A stretch of DNA of 64,000 nucleotides from Hormiphora californensis (lineage: Eukaryota > Animalia > Ctenophora): NCBI GenBank assembly GCA_020137815.1, contig CM035362.1:682001-746000 (forward strand), read 5' to 3'. Positions 43,813-56,806 of this stretch are shown in pieces. The notes under the pieces were generated by a model. The model searched no databases and was not told the DNA's origin. It was given only the letters and a program-made list of their open reading frames with translations. A program made the translations under genes and the position numbers. How positions within the stretch are numbered: the stretch's first letter is position 1; each line of letters starts with the position of its first letter.

Positions 43813-43888
<76 letters not shown>

Positions 43889-45904
43889 GGAATTGTAGCT
43901 TAAGAGACAGTCTCGGTGATATTGCAATATTGATCCACCATTAACTACCATTGACCAATCGGTATTTAAATACTTCAAATCAACTTGAGTGATATTATCA
44001 AGAGACAAGAAGTTAATCTATTATAGTCGAAGTGGTTATTAGCGGTTATCATGATTGTCTCTGATAATAACCATTAATATCATTTCAAAGAAGCTTTTAT
44101 TCCGTTTTCCGAAAACTTATAATTGATTAATTATTGCCGTCTCGTCGATTGCATTTAGTGCTCTTGAAACCTACCAGCAATAAGTTGATATTGGATTTGG
44201 TGGGTTTCAGGATCACTGAAGGCAGCTAAAAGGAATTTATGTCCTAATACTATCATGCTAATGGAGGAGGGTTCCAATATACCAAATGCAGGCCACCTCG
44301 GATTGACTAGCCACTCTGGTTTTTACGGAAATTTTTTAATCTCGTGGGGAACTCCAGTAAACATGTGATATTTCCAAATTATAAAGATGTTTAGTTATAA
44401 TTGCACAATACCGGTAGGTTTATAATCTATTGAACTACACACAAGGTTACGAAGTCACCCTATTATTGAAGGAGCTTGTGCGGAGGGGTAATTTCATTAC
44501 CAAAGCACACATTTCCCATAAATGACAAGTTACCAATCGGGAACAGAGGGGCATGTCGCATGAATGGAATCCATTACACGAGAGAGGAGCCTGCATAAAC
44601 CTACAAAGCGCACTCTCCAAAGTCAAAAGGTGGTTACACACATAACATAATACGCTGTACTGCACAGTGCACTAGCTCGAGAAGGAAGTTGACTATGACA
44701 TCATCATTCAAAAACATTGCACATGTATAATAATGAACAAGTGCATACTGCATGTGTTGCCACGTTCCCTGTATTTTTATAGCGTTATTTTGGTCTCACA
44801 GATGTGTTGGAAAGTCCAAAGAACTTGTAATAATATTGTAATAAATATTATTATTTCGTAACGTGCGACATAATATGTGTGTGGTATAGGTAAACTATAA
44901 GCGATCATTAGTTGGGGCGCTAATTTAGAGCGTGTCAGTGCAGTAGCAATTATAACACAAAATTACCTTCTAATAAATTGGCGGCCACTTTCCCGATCCT
45001 TTGAAGATTTTAACTGATCTCTCTATTACAAATCGATTAAACCGTTGGCACCCCACAAAGATAATACCGAAATTGCAGATCGGTTGTGGCGTGATCGTCA
45101 TTTTAACAATATCAACAGAGCCCTCCCCTACAAAACAGGGACCATGATCTACCATGTTGCAACACATCCTGAGCTGCTCTCTCATGCGGCTGCATTTAGG
45201 GCCACAAGGGAAGCTAGGGTGGTATAGCACCTGTATATGATCACTCAGTTGTGACAGATGCAATAAATGATAAAGCACGTGCCATCTAGTAATAACGGCC
45301 CTGTAGATCACGCAGGGAGATATCATATAGGGCGGGAGAGATTAGGGCGGGGGAGAGAGATTAGGGCGGGAGAGATTAGGGCATGAGTGAGATATGTGGC
45401 AATTATGGTTGGGGAGAGGGGTATCGAAAAGAGACAAAGCCATGGCCTGCTATGAAATTATTAGGAGGAGAAAAAACTATTACAAACAGGTGACACGGAG
45501 ATGGATCGCGAGAGAAATTGAGAGAACGATACAGAAGGGAGATGGAGAGATAGAGGGAAGGAGAGAAAGAGAGATTGAAGAATATCCCTGATGCAATCAT
45601 ATAATTTGTCAATGTCAAACTTTTCAAACATTATAAAATTGAAACATTTACAGCAGAAACAAATCAACTGTTATAATAAAAATAATAAGAGTATTTCATA
45701 ATTTAACAGACTCTTCAAAGCTCATACTTTGAAGTGGAGCTGCGTACGTTTAATCAACTGGTATGACTAACATCACACTTCACAGCAGCTAGACCACTGC
45801 AGCTGCTAAGCTGTTATGAGTTATAATAGCTGTGTGTCGTGATATAACAAACACGAGTCAACTAATGATCAATGCGATGTGTTACCCATGTGCTACATGT
45901 TTCA

Positions 45905-46366
45905 TCCTGTATGGATGTCAAAACTGGACGCTTACAAAGGATTCGGAACGGAGTCTCAATGGTACCTACACTAGAATGCTGAGGATGGCATTTAAATAAG
46001 AACCAGTACCTCCTCCAGATGAACAACGCCACATTGTATGGTATCGGGAAACTCCCTATTCTCAGCACCAAGACCACTGAAAGGAGACTACGACTCGCCC
46101 ACCATGCTGCACGTCATCCGGAAATGACGCTTAAAAAAGTGTTACTTTGGGAGCCTGATCTCCACGGAATCTCCAGAAGAGGGCGACCAAAGCAGACCTT
46201 TGTGGATGTACTGCAGCGTGACGTACGGGACTCAAAAGTCAGGGAAGCCTCTAAAATGCAATGACCTCTTTGACGGCCGATCGTAGAGTGGAGAAATGTT
46301 ATTTATGCAGAGTTCGGAGATACCACATGTGGAATCCGCCCCTAAGTCCAGTAAGTCAAGTCAAGT
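45905..46366 (+). mobile_element. 5'-truncated, degenerate RTE-clade LINE 3' end
   Basis: LYGCQNWTLTK at ~45908 and RRLRLAHHAARHPEMTLKKVLLWEPDLHGISRRGRPKQTFVDVLQRD are typical of the RTE ORF C-terminus. The 3' tail is TAAGTCCAGTAAGTCAAGTCAAGT. Confidence 0.85.
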
Positions 46367-47022
46367 TACATTTTTTAAAGTTCTTCAATTATGTATTTTT
46401 GAAAGATAAAAGATGATAAATTGGTTCACAAGCTGCAGAAAGATATATCAGCTTGTGGATATGATATCTGCAACAATTGGTGAATGTTGAAGAATGATAG
46501 AATTAGGATCTGAGTAGAATTGCCTGATCTGGTCAGCCCGTGCAATATATATTGTATAGACAGATACCCTCTTATTACATTTGCATCTTTCAAGGTATCA
46601 ATCTGGCAATAGAAAATTCCCCTCTCTCTCGCTCTGAGAAAATAATGGTCCCACATGAAGCTAAGCTAGGTAGAATGATGTGTCTACTAGACAGTGCTAA
46701 CGGTTACGAAACTATTCTCCTCCTCCAGTAACTATATTTCGTAAAGAGGGGGTAGTTTTTACCCATTGCCATTAGGAAATGACCCCGACCGTGAGGTGCA
46801 CATGTTCAATGTGTGACGCCATGTATAAAATGTTGTAACCTAGGCAATAGCAAATTTGAAACTTGTGAAAAGTTACATGTGGCATAAAATGCATTAGTCT
46901 GCAGGTTTTTATGTTTTTGGCTTTGCTGCATGTGGTATATGCCGTTCAGAATACATTAGCAACTTTTTAAAGGGACGAGAAAAAGGGTACGAGACCGAGG
47001 AGTTAGATTTTAGAAATTTGGG

Positions 47023-47147
47023 ACCAAACCAAACCAAACCAAACCAAACCAAACCAAACCAAACCAAACCAAACCAAACCAAACCAAACCAAACCAAACC
47101 AAACCAAACCAAACCAAACCAAACCAAACCAAACCAAACCAAACCAA
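47023..47147. repeat. (AAACC)n pentanucleotide microsatellite
   Basis: Direct observation. Confidence 0.98.
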
Positions 47148-49204
47148 ATGGATAAAATCAAGAACTGTATGCAACTTCTTAGATATCTCTGCATATCTGA
47201 TATGAATTCGAAACAAGCTGCATGCAGGTACGAATGGTGCGAAGCTGAACTTTATTGAGACTTCAACGACCAACGTGCCACACCTTTACAAATTAACCCT
47301 CCTCGACGACTTGTACTGTTAAAACGCATAGTCAAGATTCAAAATAAAATTTAAAGAGTTGGAATGAGGTGATGGTGCTGGTTTTTTAATTTTTCGAAGA
47401 GTTCGCAGAGTGAGCCCTATTATAAAAGGTGTGCTTCATAAAGTTTAGAAGACTGCTGCTGCTCCTGCATGATCAGAGAGGAAGATCATCTGAGACTCTG
47501 AGAGCAACTAGCTATAAATTACAACCAGCTGCACTCTGCATGGCAGGAGAGAGAGAGAGACACGTACTGCCAGAACTCTAACTTCAAACTATATTTTGTC
47601 AACATATATCACACCTGTCATTACCCCAACCTAATAGATTATCTATAAACAGGTTGGATAATTTATAGGTTCTACGATTTTAATAAAATTGTCCAGCGGA
47701 GGACTTGAAAATTACAAAAAGCCGGAGTAACAAATCAAATAGATTATGTGAGACTGATAACATATCATCTCGTAGGTTTTTCTTTGTCCCTCTTGACCCA
47801 GCCGGAAGGATAGTTGGATAATTCAGGTCCTTATGTTAAGCAATAACTAACAGAGGTAAAGTACCGAGATGGGTATCGGTTTACTAAGAGATGTAGACAA
47901 AAACAAAAGAAACTGTTGAAGAGACACCTGTTGTAAAACATAACAAGGGGTGGGATCCATGTCTCTCACCCCTTGCTCAACATGAACCGTTGAGTGCTTT
48001 ATAGTAGCAGCGATCTTCCCACGAAGGGAACCACCCTACGTCATGTATAGAAGGATTCTTCTGGTACTGCATTATAGTAGTCTGCAGTAGCTAAATTGCA
48101 ATACCAAAAGTAGTCCGTCCTAATGGAAAAAGGAAATCTCCTACAAAGTTCTAGAACCTTATCGTATGCATTCACATTCATATTAGGAACGTTAGGAACA
48201 GCTTTTAACATTACTTAGCGGTTAAAGAATCGTGAATTTAATAAACTAACACTTGCGTAATACTACCCGCTGGTCAAAGCGAGAACTGAATAATTCCAAC
48301 TTTTGGCCGGCTGGTGAGAAATTTTTTATGACACGTTCAAAGAATTATCCAATTTTCTAAGAAACTGAGTTTTCAGATAATAGTTTCCCAGCTAATCACT
48401 TAGTGGTTGTTGTTTTTAACTTGAAACAACCATGCTTGGTTAAGTTTCAAGTTCCTTTTCCCGGCCTGGAAGTTCCGCTTCTAAATCGTATAACTCTGAA
48501 TAGTGAACTACTCTCCCATCTGGGCGGCCCATATTGCAAGTTCACTCGAGAAAGGAGGACAAATTAAGTATAGATTGCTATTACTGCATACTGGAATGGA
48601 AAAGGTTGAAATCTGTTCCATTGGACAAATCGCGTAACCAGCTGAATGCGGAAAACCACTAGGTACTATAGACCTTTCATATTTTAGTAAATGGTTTTTC
48701 AATCACTTCTCCTCGTTTTACGGAAATTTGTCTCTTTTTTTCCTCTACCATCTCATTCTGCCTGTCCTTTCTACTTAACTTTCTCAATTTTACCTGGACA
48801 GGTGTCCCTGAAAGACAGGTGCCCCTGTCACCTAGGTGGCGGGTAGTTAGCATATTATGCAACTACAGAAATGCTACTAGATGATCTAAAGAAGATAATC
48901 TAGTAGGTTCTTTGGCCTTATCCTAAAACTAAAGTACAAGATCATTGGCCTAAATATATTATGTTTCTAATAATCTGGTGTTACTCAGCATGTCAGCTCA
49001 ACTACTTACCAAGTGCAGCGCGACCCAGTTGACCAGCTCTAAGACAGCTGCTATTAGATCGTTCTCAGAGAGAGAGAGTGAGAGAGTGAGAACTGGGGAA
49101 ATGTGATAGTAGTTAGGACCAAGATTTGGGATTTTAAGAGATTGATGCTGTGCTGCATGATAGTTATACCGTCAGCTAAGCTCTTTAACCAGCTGAACCC
49201 ACCG

Positions 49205-49324
<120 letters not shown>

Positions 49325-49890
49325 GGGAAGGAATTATAGGTCTCTACTAGGACTACAACCTGGCGGTTGGTGAACGGAATTCGGCGGAAAAAGCGTTTTA
49401 ACAGATGACCCTCTGATGGTAGCAGGTATAGACTTGTAGTTAAAGTAACGATCTTGCATCATGACAAGGAAAGATGAGGATTTTATTGGATTCTCTGAAA
49501 ATGAAAATCTGATTTTTGGGGAGTTGAAAGGAGTTAAATTCCTTAAAAATATAAATTGTATAAATTGTACAAAAATGGAATCTATATGTGTAGAAAGTCA
49601 GTTAATAAGGTCTGCTTGGATTAAAACTAATTCATTCTAAAATTCCCATGTCATAACTACAGATAACTACAGATAAGTAGATATTGTCGCGACATGTCGT
49701 AATAATACGTAGGAGTCAGATATGTACCCTGCTAGTAATATAGTTTGTAGGTAAAACTGTATTCTTATTAAAGCGACCATACGCTGATCATTTCAAGTTT
49801 CTAAATGAGTCAAATTGAATGCTAGTTATAAGAACTAATTATTGAATTAGATCTAATTATAATTATTATCGCTAATTATTGTCCCGCACT

Positions 49891-51123
49891 TCATTTTCTC
49901 CTCCGACCACTGCGGTGGGATGCACGTGCACACACAACACATCGGCCCATAACAGGTTCAGAAGACAGGGCTGCCTCGGTTGAGGAGGATGGGGTTGATC
50001 CCTTTACGATGGAGCAGTTTCCAGCCCGACCTGCAGGGAGCAATGTTAGTTAGAGATAATGATTAATTAGGGTAAACTAATCGCAATAAAGCAATGCAGG
50101 ATGTATCATCATATTCTTACGTACCATCACATGCGACGAAAGAAGGTGAAGATTGGGTTTCCCGACATGTCGCTGGGGATGTCATGGGAATGCCGGGCCG
50201 TTGTCCTTCCTCATTTTCATCATTGTACCAGTCTAGTAGGTTGCTAAACCTGAACAAGATAGTGTCAGACAGACAGACAGATAATCTCAGGGTGGGGAAC
50301 GTCTGTAGCTACCATCCCTGATCCATCTCAACCCCTTTCGGGGCCGGGGCCTCGACGAAGAAGACAGACAGACAGATGACCTACGTAAAGGAGGGTTACA
50401 ACATAACAAACAGAAAGACAGACATACTCCCTCGACGACAGACAGACAGACAACCTACCCGGTCCACATGACATTGAATCCAGGGGAGCAAGAAGGAGCC
50501 TCATCACCCCAACTATGCTTAGTTTCCAGTCTGCTGGGTCCCATACACACGTTACACCGACTAACATACCGCTGGATCTCAGACAGGTCCGAGATGGGGG
50601 TATCCGGGGCATCACTGAGAAAGGAGAAAGGAGAAAACTAGCATATCTTTGTAGTGAAAATTGATTCATTTAAAAAACTTTCAAGTTTGGTTTATACAGA
50701 CGCTAAATGGGTTCAAAGTACTGGACCACATGTGACCCAATCTAAAGGGTTAACAAGTTTCAAAATTACTTAGACTCGGTTGCCAGCCAGATTGTCTTAT
50801 CTGACACAAAGTCCCTGCTACACTCATCGTTCCTGTAATGTGATGAAATTTAGTCAATTGGAATGGGGAGATCAAAATTAGGTTTTTTGATAAAATCATA
50901 GGAAAATTTCTTGAGTGACATTAAATTTAATCCTAATTTAACAGTTCACACCCGTGCCATGACACTCTAATATCAATCCTAATCTCTAATATCAATCATG
51001 ATCACTTACTCATTACAAGTTAGAATTGGTGTTGGTTGGAAGTATTCCAAACAACTTCCCATCTTAGCAGGGTCCTGGACCTGGGACTTAGAATCGGTGT
51101 TCGCCACCGCGAAGAAGGAATAC
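49891..51123 (-). CDS. Collagen IV NC1-domain exons (single 'constant' set)
   Basis: Exons 51123-51010 (GYSFFAVANTDSKSQVQDPAKMGSCLEYFQPTPILTCN), 50832-50770 (ENDECSRDFVSDKTIWLATES), 50614-50459 (EIQRYVSRCNVCMGPSRLETKHSWGDEAPSCSPGFNVMWTG), 50249-50125 (FSNLL...MTSPATCRETQSSPSFVACD), 50030-49891 (GRAGNCS...MGRCVVCARASHRSGRRRK*). GT-AG and in frame. With the upstream CPxxW this gives the 12-Cys two-repeat NC1 pattern. Confidence 0.93.
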
Positions 51124-51396
51124 CTGGGAGAAACACGTGATATCAAACAAGATATTTTCGTCAAGTTGTTTTACTTTTGTCAAGTCGAGTATTGTTTCGT
51201 CGCAATTGATCTTGTATGTTTACTTGCTGTGATTCAGTTATGAGCCTGTCATCATTAGCTTAAAATGAAACGTATCATCATAATGTCTGTCTGTGGCTTG
51301 AAGGGTTAAATATATGAACGGAGCGGAGTAAACTTATAACATGACGCACTATTCTGTTAGAGCTGGAATGAACCTTAATATCATGATCACACTCAC

Positions 51397-54300
51397 CCCT
51401 TCCAAAGAGAAGTCCACCCGGTTGGACAGCTCACCTCTCCCTCCCCATGAAGTGTTACAAGATGCCTGTCACACGAACACCCCTTCTTACTCCCAGTTGC
51501 CATGCCTGATTTACACGCCTTGGAACAACCACCAGCCTCTCCCTCAGGCCCTTTAACCCCTGTCCCTCCACTCTCACCCTGAGATCCTTCATCTCCTGTT
51601 GTACCTGTGTCTCCCCTCTTTCCTCTGGATCCCCTGGTTCCAGGAACCCCAGGCTGGCCTTGAGTTCCAGGAATCCCAAGCTCACCCCATACCCCAGGAA
51701 TACCCGCCAGACCTTGGAGTCCAGGAATACCAGAAACACCCTCACTACCAGACTTGCCTGGCCTACCAGGGAGCCCTATAGCACCATCACGACCTGTAGA
51801 ACCGAGCCTGCCTTCCCGGCCAGGTACACCCTGATCTCCTACACCTCCATCAGGGACAACTTTTGAAGTGCTAATAAAGTTAGCCATGGATTTCGACCAA
51901 ACCTCGTTACCAGGTTTCAGTCCGCTCAGTGAAGAGTAGAAATCACTAATTACCCCTGCCTGACCTGGCTTACCTTGACGTCCGGCCTCTCCTTCATCTC
52001 CTGTTAACCCCTGATCTCCCTCCAAGCCACTGGCTCCTTCCCTTCCTCTATCACCAGGGTAACCGATAGTCCCAACTATCCCCTCCATTCCAATCTGTCC
52101 TTTCATCCCAACATCACCATCATCACCAGGTAGTCCCTGTGCCCCGATAGGACCAGGGTATCCTTGTCTTCCAGGAATTCCCATCAGCCCCCCAATCCCC
52201 TCCACTCCTTGATCTCCCTGGGATCCTCGGACACCCTTCAGACCTTGCCGACCCCGTGGGCCTCGTCTTGAAGCGCCTGGGTGTCCTTTACTGCCCGTCC
52301 TGCCAGTAGGTCCGATGGCCCCCTTGGCTCCTTGAGCCCCCTCAGCACCATCACTTCCCTTCTTTCCAACAATACCTAAATCTCCATCATACCCTATTTC
52401 TCCTTGCTCTCCCTTCTGGCCTCTGGCACCTTTCTTACCAATACCTCCTTTTCGCCCCGTATCCCCAGGATACCCGACCTCACCTCGAGACCCTCGCTTC
52501 CCTCGGGGTCCACGATCATCAAAGAGAACTGCCAGTTCGTGATCGTCACCGGGTTGGCCTTTTTTACCATCTGGTCCTGGGTAGCCTGGATCACCTCGGA
52601 CTCCCTTGACTCCTCCCGGGCCATCCTTACCCACTCCTCCTCTAGCCCCAGCACCACCTCGCCGTCCTTTGGTCCCCTCACATCCCTCAATACCTTTAGC
52701 GCCCTGAGGTCCGGGTATACCGGCCATGCCCCTATCTCCCCTCCCTCCTTGACGTCCTTTGTACCCGATCTCACCCTTGATACCAGGGTCCTCCAGGTAT
52801 CCCTGGGAATCCATCGTCTCCAGGGAAACCAAGGTACCCAAGAATTCCCTCATCTCCAACATCACCATCAAGACCATCCAAGTCCTTGTTGACCCATCTC
52901 TTCCTGGGAGTCCAGGAGCACCAGGCTCTCCAGGCCTGCCCCTGATCTGGTGTTAGGAGTGTCACCTTCGGGTCCTTTCTTACCTCGAGCCCCTGGAACA
53001 CCCTTCCGTCCAGTATCTCCAACTACGACCTTTGTCTCCCGTTACTCCCTTGTCCACCAAAGTCACCAAGTGGTCCATCGGGTCCCTGGTCTCCTGGCTC
53101 CCCTGTCCTACCCTGGAAACCAGAATTACCAGAATCACCTGGTAAACCATCAAAACCGGGCACTCCAACCTCTCCTTTCATACCCTCAAATCCAATATCA
53201 CCTTTCCGTCCTACACCACCTTCATTTCCAACTTCTCCAGAGGTTCCTCTGGATCCAGTTTCACCCTTGGGACCTTTGCCTCCTTGGTTACCAAGACCTC
53301 CCTTGGACACCCAGGGATCCCTTCTTGCCCATTCGACCTTCGTAGCCAGGTAACCCGTTTGATCCATCCGACCCCATCCAACCGCGGTATCCCTGCTCAC
53401 CTTGGGCTCCCTCCGCCCCAACTGGACCCTGCATCACCTTGTGGACCTGGTTGCCCCTTTCCACCCCTCATTCCTTTTCCACCCGGCCCTCCGACAACAC
53501 CCTTGATGCCCTTACTACCTTTAGTTCCAGTGGACCCCCTGACACTTGCACCAGGGTCACCCCTCTCTCCCTTCTTTCCCGGTTCACCCTTTACAAATAA
53601 GGATCGGTCGAAATCCTCTGGATTCCCTGGTAACCCTGGGAGACCGCGGACACCTTGTTCACCTGTTGGTCCACGGCGTCCAAGATACCCGTTTCTGCCC
53701 ATGTCACCTCTGTCTCCAGTCCGTCCGGGCGTGCCAGCTCCACCATTCTTTCCAGAAATACCTTGAGCACCGGGAAGTCCAAACTCACCGACGACACCCC
53801 TCCTGCCCTTGGACCCTTGTTCTCCCTTGGTTCCTTGTGGACCATCCGGACCTTGGAACCCTTTGTTTCCATGGTAACCATACAACCCGGGATGCCCATT
53901 CAACCCAGGGAGACCCTCTAGTCCGTCCAATCCGGGGAACCCAGTAGCGCCTCTCCTTCCAGTCCTGCCAACATCACCTACCTCTCCGGTTACACCCTTT
54001 CTACCCTTATCACCGGGAAGACCATCAATAGCGGGCATACCGGGTACCCCCGTGACACCAAAATCACCAGGATTACCAGCCCGACCCACGGGTCCTGTCT
54101 CACCAGGTATGCCAGGGACTCCCTTGACACCGTGTTTCCCGGGGTAACCAGGGTAACCATTGATACCAGGTAACCCAGCAACGTTACTGCTCCCTTGACG
54201 ACCCTTTGGTCCGGCATCTCCATCCCTTCCCTTGGGTCCAGGACCACCTAGTCCTCCAACAGCACCATCAACACCGGGTATTCCCTCAATTCCAGGAATT

Positions 54301-56510
54301 CCTGCCTCACCCTCAAAACCCTTGACACCGGGTGCACCCATCTGGCCATCGGGACCTCGCTCTCCCTTGGGGCCAACATCTCCCTTCTCTCCCCCATCAC
54401 CTTCAGCACCTTCCTTTCCCACAGTTCCGTTCCTTCCCGGACGGCCGTTAACACCCATCCTGCCAGGTAGTCCAGCCCGACCAGGAACTCCATTATCACC
54501 GACAACTCCGAAATATCCCTCCTCACCTGGCTCTCCATTCTCTCCGAGGCGCCCGGGGAATCCACGTATTCCCTTCTGTCCTTGCTCTCCAACCTCACCC
54601 TTATCTCCAATGAGACCGACCTTACCAGGTTGCCCAATGAGCCCATACGCTCCATGCCTTCCCGAACTGCCCGTAGCACCAGTTGGTCCAGGTTCGCCCT
54701 TATATCCGGGATCACCATCGTAACCTGGGACACCAAGTGTTCCTGTCGCTCCTTTTTCTCCGGCTCTACCTTTCGCACCTCGAACTCCCTTGATACCTCT
54801 AGGTCCACGAGGTCCATCGGGTCCCAACTGTCCTTTGTACCCTTCGATACCTTTATACCCAACTAGGCCAATCTGTCCTTTCTGGGCAGGCAGCGGGTTA
54901 CCTTTTACACCTTTTACACCCTCGGGACCGGTGAGACCTTTGAAGCCTTTCTCACCCATCGGACCTTCATCCCCGAATGTAGTGTTTCCTTGGTTACCCC
55001 TCTCTCCCCTCACACCCCTCCGTCCTTTGAACCCTTTCACGCCTTCTTCACCCCGGGGTCCCTGCCTACCTCCCCATCCAATATCGCCCATCCTTCCTGG
55101 TTGACCCTGTTCCCCGTAAGGACCTTGGTCTCCCTTATCACCCACAGTTCCCTTTCCTCCTCCCTCTCCATCCATCCCGGGTATACCAGGGATGGCAGGA
55201 TCACCCTTCACACCCTTCCTCCCCTGCCAACCCTCACTTCCATTAACTCCCTTCAGTCCGACAACACCTGTAGATCCCTTGTCCCCGGGGGTTCCTTGGA
55301 AATCTGGGATCCACTCCACACACTCTCCCTTTTGGCCAGTTAGTCCTGAGAGTCCAGGTAGTCCGCTGTAACCAGGTCTACCGGGAATCCCATGAGGTCC
55401 TTGCCTGCCCTTGTCACCTGTCTCTCCAACCTCAGCGGGAACTCCGACAGGTCCAAACTTGCCCTTAGGTCCAGCTGGTCCAAGGGTGCCCTTTTGGCCC
55501 TTTTTACCCTCCCTACCTTGCTCTCCTTGGGCTCCTTGGTTTGGATTCTGTGGTCCAGTTTCACCCTTTTGTCCCACTGCACCCTCTTGACCAGGGAATC
55601 CGATCCATCCAAAACTACCTCGTTCTCCCTGTTGACCCTTTACTCCTTTCCCTCCTTTCTCTCCCTTCACCATCTCCCCCGTCACTCCCTTCTCTCCTTT
55701 GAATCCTATCTCTCCATCAACTCCATCTGTTCCATTGAGGCCATCAGTTCCGTCGACAGCGGGAACACCCGGTTCCCCAATAACACCTTTCAGTCCCTGC
55801 AGACCCCGGTCACCTTTATTACCCTTTTCTCCATCGGGTGCATCCTCACCCTGAGGACCCATTTCTCCCTTAGCTCCGGAGTCCCCTGTTTGGCCTTGCT
55901 CACCCGAGAATCCTTTGAAACCGGGCAAACCAATTGGTCCAATTTCTCCTTTTTGACCCTTCAGAACCAATCCAACGGGTCCTGTGTCACCCTTGAGTCC
56001 TTCAGTTCCGTTCAATCCGGCTGCTCCTGGGAAACCCTTCAACCCATCAGCTCCCTTTTCTCCTCGTGCCCCATTCTTTCCATCAGTTCCATTGGCACCA
56101 TTAATACCATCAAACCCAGGTGTACCAGTGAGTCCATCAGAACCGGGCTGACCGGCGATTCCCATAGAACCAGTCCTTCCTTTGTACCCCTTGTCACCCT
56201 GAGGTCCAATATCACCCGGCAGCCCGATGGGTCCTGGTGTGCCTCTATACCCATTCCTTCCGTTCCTCCCAGGGAGTCCAACCTCCCCCTTAGGTCCATC
56301 CTCCCCAACAGGTCCTATCTCCCCCGGCCGGCCTGCTTGACCCCTGACGAATCTGACGGGAGCAGAGCAACAAGTCTCAACCGAGTCATCGGTAGGAGTC
56401 TCCGAGATGAGATCCGGAAGTAGGTTGCTACTGAAATCCTCCTGGGATAGGAGGGTGGAGGGAAGGGAAGAAAGGGAAAAAAGAAGGTACAACACAGTTG
56501 ATGTCATCAT
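51397..56510 (-). CDS. Collagen IV chain 'B': one ~5.1 kb exon (signal peptide, CCS-containing 7S-like region, interrupted Gly-X-Y, Cys-rich segment, NC1 start)
   Basis: ORFs 53397-56510, 53023-53421 and 51393-52877, with Gly-X-Y continuing in shifted frames across 53430-52770. Signal peptide MMTSTVLYLLFSLSSLPSTLLS. Ends CSKACKSG...KGCSCDRHLVTLHGEGEVSCPTGWTSLWK-GG|GTGAGT (phase 2), joining 51123. Confidence 0.9.
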
Positions 56511-56548
56511 GCTTTATACAGTGTCTCTCTTTTTTACATGACAAAAAC

Positions 56549-56789
56549 CTGAAAATGAGAAGGGGACTAGCATTTCCTTTTTTGGGTAAAAAAGTAGCGA
56601 AATAACAACTGTAGTTGCATGATCGACCTTACCTTTGAGACTTCCCGCCTAACTCAGAGAGATGGTGATTGGTGAATTGTGAAATGAAGTGACAAAATGA
56701 AATGATTACGTAATCATTGTACAATGAGTGAGATTGTCGGTCAGTCAGAATGTTACAACAAGCTTCACGTGTAATAACACGTGTAATAA
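56549..56789 (-). promoter_or_regulatory. Compact putative promoter/5'UTR region of collagen chain B
   Basis: UTR intron with donor AAAG|GTAAGG (56632) and acceptor CTCATTTTCAG (56549). Perfect palindromes AATGATTACGTAATCATT (56701-18) and TCATTGTACAATGA (56714-27). Tandem CACGTGTAATAA x2 (56766-89). Confidence 0.45.
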
Positions 56790-56806
56790 TATCATTAGTA
56801 TCTCAC

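Noticed and set aside
43535-43820. Complex degenerate TC-rich pattern as an encoded signal
   Set aside because: Looks like noisy consensus of a (TC)n microsatellite.
44200-45330. Short ORFs such as 45045-45227 as a possible gene
   Set aside because: No recognisable motif, and I could not build a consistent exon chain.
46909-47273. (VWFGL)n hydrophobic ORFs
   Set aside because: Translation of the (AAACC)n microsatellite.
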